Positions 60,900 through 64,000 of a stretch of 64,000 bases of DNA are shown piece by piece (position 1 is the stretch's first letter; the number at the start of each line of letters is the position of its first letter). Origin of the DNA: Marsupella aquatica (Eukaryota; Plantae; Marchantiophyta); contig OZ316899.1 of assembly GCA_973895155.1 (NCBI GenBank), forward strand, positions 3,555,455 through 3,619,454, written 5' to 3'. The translations under genes were made by a program, and so were the position numbers. Below the pieces are notes generated by a model, which was given only the letters and a program-made list of their open reading frames with translations, was not told where the DNA came from and made no database searches.

Positions 60900-63330
60900 T
60901 CCCAAAAATCAAGAATAAATCCCATGGGGTAGAGCACTGTACATCCCACCAACACATCATATGACTCTGCCTTAGTCAGAATAGCTCACGCCTGTATCTG
61001 TGAGCTATCTGTGGTATGACCTTCTTGAATCCTCAAATCAAGAGGTCTCCTGGTAATGTGCTGTGTAGGTGTAGGTCCCCCCAATGAAGTCTGAATGGGA
61101 AAGGGACAATCCTCCAAATCCTCTGGACGCAATCCCAATCCACGTATGGCAGACTTTCCCAACATCAAGGGCTGAGCACCAGTATCCAGTAACACCCTCT
61201 CTGGCTGGTATACTACTCCAGAAGGCCCAACTAACCGGAAGATACCACTCCAATTATCCAATGATACAACACTAGGTTTAAACCTAGTCCTCTCAAATGC
61301 AGGGCGTGCTGGTAAATCCACCAACCTTGCTGCTGCTGCATGCCATGTCTCACTAGTAGCAGTAGGTGGCATGGTCTTCACTGCATCAACACTGCAAGTT
61401 GCTTCTGCATGGGAAGCAACCACTAGAGTGTCCTCACAAAGTGTAGCTGTCAATCTGAACACTTTTGCAGGACCAACTCCCAAGTTTAGCATGTTTGTCG
61501 CTGAAAATAATGGGCGCGTACCATGGCAGTAGCTGCCCCAGCAAGGTACCTGTCATCCCTGCTGCATCACTACCTGATTGTGCCAACTTACCCACATCAG
61601 GGTTTGTCCGAACCGGGTTCATAGAGGCAGTCTGAACTGTCTTTGACAATGTAAAAGACTGAGGAAGCTTTGTCTGCCGACGTGCATCCCCCCTTTGTGG
61701 ATCTAACTCCACTATTGCTCCTCGGGGCTCAAGAGCTTTGGCTGCCCCACGTGTCAAAGCTGTTGATGCATCAATATGTGCAGTGCCACACATGAATCCC
61801 ATGGTGGCAAGGTCTCCATCAGCTCCATAAGATGTGGAAGGACCATGGGATGTGGAAGGTCCATAGGATGTTGATGCCCCATCACCAGAAGTAGGTCTCA
61901 CCTGGGAACTAGCCATGGCAGCTAGCTATTGCTCCAATTGAGCAATCTTAGCATCCTTTGGATCTATGGTTACAGTAGGGGCAGCATCACCTCCCTGTCT
62001 CCCTGCATGTGGCATGCCACGACCACGTCCACCGCCTCTACCTCCTCCTCCTCTTCCCTAATCATGTGTACGGGATCCTCCTCTCCGTAACTCAGGATGG
62101 AGTGAGAAACACCTATCCTTGGTGTGTCCAGGAGCTCCACAGTGATCATACTGTCACTGATCAAGCGCTGATGCTCCCCCTGATCCTCTATGATCTGGGC
62201 AATATCTCTGTGCATGATCCCCACCACAGGTCCAACATCCTGACTACTGTCCAGCATAAGAGGGCACAGGTCTCTGGCTGGTAGACTCTCGTGCAGTAGG
62301 CTTCTCCCTCTGGCTCTTCCGTGTAGTAGGCTGTGGTGTGGATGTGGATGCAGCCTTTGGTGCTTCCTTGGCAAATCTGGAAGTCACCACCTTCTCATTC
62401 ACCATATTGAGCTCAATGCGCTCAGAAAGTGTAAAAACAACTGCTAATGTGGGATCTGCATCCCTAAGCAGAGTGACATCTCTCACTCTGCGTCGCAATT
62501 CTCTGTCCAGAATTGCATACCAAAACTGGACTGCCTGAGCCTCTGTCACTCCCTTGGTGACAGTGATCAATCTGCGCATACGAGTGTATGCCTCACGTAG
62601 ACTCTCTCCAGTCTTGCGTTGGAACTCCTGAAGACCCTTCAACTTATCAATTCTTACACCCTGATAGTTCTGCTTCAGTACCTCAAAGAATTCCACCACA
62701 GGGTTAAATGCTGGCGCAACTCCAATTCCTGTCACAATCACACCGGCAGGAGTAGCGGTGGATGTTGCTGGAGTGCTACTGGTGGATGGTGTGCCACTCT
62801 GGCTAGTGCTGCTAGAAGAAGCAGCAGCTGTGGCAATGGGTTGGGCAACCGCACTAGTGCCATAGGTGATGGACACTAGGCGACCAATGCTGCCTCCATG
62901 CCTCAATCTCAATTAAATGAGCCTTCCGAAACTCATGGTAGGCATCCATGGGTGGCCCCTCCAAATGCTGAAATAATCCCTTCCATGCCATGAAAGGGGT
63001 AAACAATGTGGCGTTATGCAATGTCTGCATATCGCACCACGTATCAAACTCCTGGATGAAGTCATCCAGATCAATCGTGCTAACTGCACCAAAGTATCGT
63101 CGTGGGCCCTTTGTAGCCCCTTACATCTCGTCCATATTCCACAACAAAGGTGCAACCACCTGATGATGAGGAGAACTGGTCACTGAGTCCTCATCAGAAT
63201 CACTGTCTAAAGCTGCACTGCTGACTGCTACCAATGCCGCTGGCCGAAACTGTGCCCCACTCCGAGTGAAACCGGTCCGTCGTCCATCGGGTAATCCAGT
63301 AGCACCAGAAGAATCCGTGGTGGCCAACCC
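60900..63330 (-). pseudogene. gag and aspartic protease of the DNMT-gypsy
   Basis: ORF pieces 63121-63327, 62244-62912, 60986-61492 (ERVLLDTGAQ). Confidence 0.85.
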
Positions 63331-64000
63331 TAACCTAATCTATATGCTAACCCTAAGGGCAAACTATCCCTGTCAGCACCACAAGCACTCACCATGGTGT
63401 GTTGGGCATCACTCCAACATCACCAGGAGAGAAATACACAGCACACTAGAATGTCCAGTTGCAAACCCGGATCACTCCTATGGAATCAAGCGCCCACACC
63501 GAACCAACATGGTGCATAAATAGGAAACAAGTGTGGAGAGGATCCAATCAACAAGAATAGTCAAACACTAACTCTCCACACCAAGAGTGATCACACATTG
63601 ATCAAACAAATATTCATAATGTTCAATGAAAGGCCTTCATAATAGGCTTCATGATGTCCCAATGTTATAGATGAGAAACCATGCACAATTGGTTCAATCT
63701 GTGTATTTAGATGAACTCAGATTTATCAAAAACCTCTAAAGAGCCTCTGATTTGGCCCGAAACAAGGCTCTAAGCAAACCGGAAAGTGTATAAAGCCCCC
63801 TGGCGCTTGAATCTAAACAACAAGTTGTGAAAACTTGTGTGTACACAAGGTGGGATGAGAACTTGTCAGTAAGCGCTTGCGGCTGGGAATAGCCCCGGGA
63901 TGGGTGACCTCGACCTCGCGCCTGCTTGCGCTCGTGATGGATGACTTTGCGCTCGCGGTTGGGAGCACTTTCGGGATGGGTGACCTCACGCGTCGCCTTA

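Larger units (their letters stand above)
55800..63330 (-). mobile_element. Decayed Ty3/gypsy element of a second family: gag-PR-DNMT-RT-RH-INT-PHD
   Basis: Motifs in order on the minus strand: gag (DLDDFIQEFD, LQEFQRKTGESLREAY), LLDTGA, C5-MTase motifs, RT (YIDD), RNase H (LHTDWS), integrase (AHEELGH, WSLDFAG, VLTDQG, GLAER), PHD. Confidence 0.92.

Noticed and set aside
61271-61288. 18-bp palindrome ACTAGGTTTAAACCTAGT as another telomeric insertion
   Set aside because: It contains no full TTTAGGG unit, keeps the reading frame, and has no paralog in the window for comparison.
63324-63360. AACCCTAA motifs upstream of the DNMT-gypsy gag
   Set aside because: Two short, imperfect units could be telo-box-like or chance; no supporting evidence.
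63860-64000. Repeated GGGATGGGTGACCTC at the window end
   Set aside because: Only two copies and truncated by the window edge; cannot be assigned.
1-64000. rRNA, tRNA or intact host housekeeping genes
   Set aside because: No recognisable conserved RNA-gene sequence or intact host gene was seen.

Overview
A eukaryotic, plant-type heterochromatic window made almost entirely of nested transposable elements. GT-AG introns, TTTAGGG repeats and CG/CHG-type decay suggest a plant, possibly a non-seed land plant (inference). No rRNA, tRNA or CRISPR array was seen. Left to right: (i) a Ty3/gypsy element (minus strand) whose ~4.0-kb LTRs contain a ~890-codon ORF; (ii) inside its 5' LTR, an 11.4-kb Mutator-like element 'A' (8169-19547) with a 9-bp TSD; (iii) a Sola-like DNA transposon; (iv) the 5' part of a CACTA element carrying an EDM2-like PHD cassette; (v) a related LTR fragment; (vi) a second, diverged 10.1-kb Mutator-like element 'B' (33599-43696) with a 9-bp TSD; (vii) inverted Sola and second gypsy copies; (viii) a decayed gypsy element whose pol encodes a DNMT3/DRM-like C5 methyltransferase and a C-terminal PHD finger. 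The strongest candidate for an undescribed system is the A/B family. Each copy has a MULE transposase transcribed divergently from a spliced ~1200-aa gene (ParB/Srx-like domain plus a beta-class amino-methyltransferase-like domain). Together they hold ~30 copies of the palindrome (T/C)AGCGCCNGGCGCT(A/G), confined to their non-coding DNA. Domain calls come from motifs recognised by eye and were not checked against databases.
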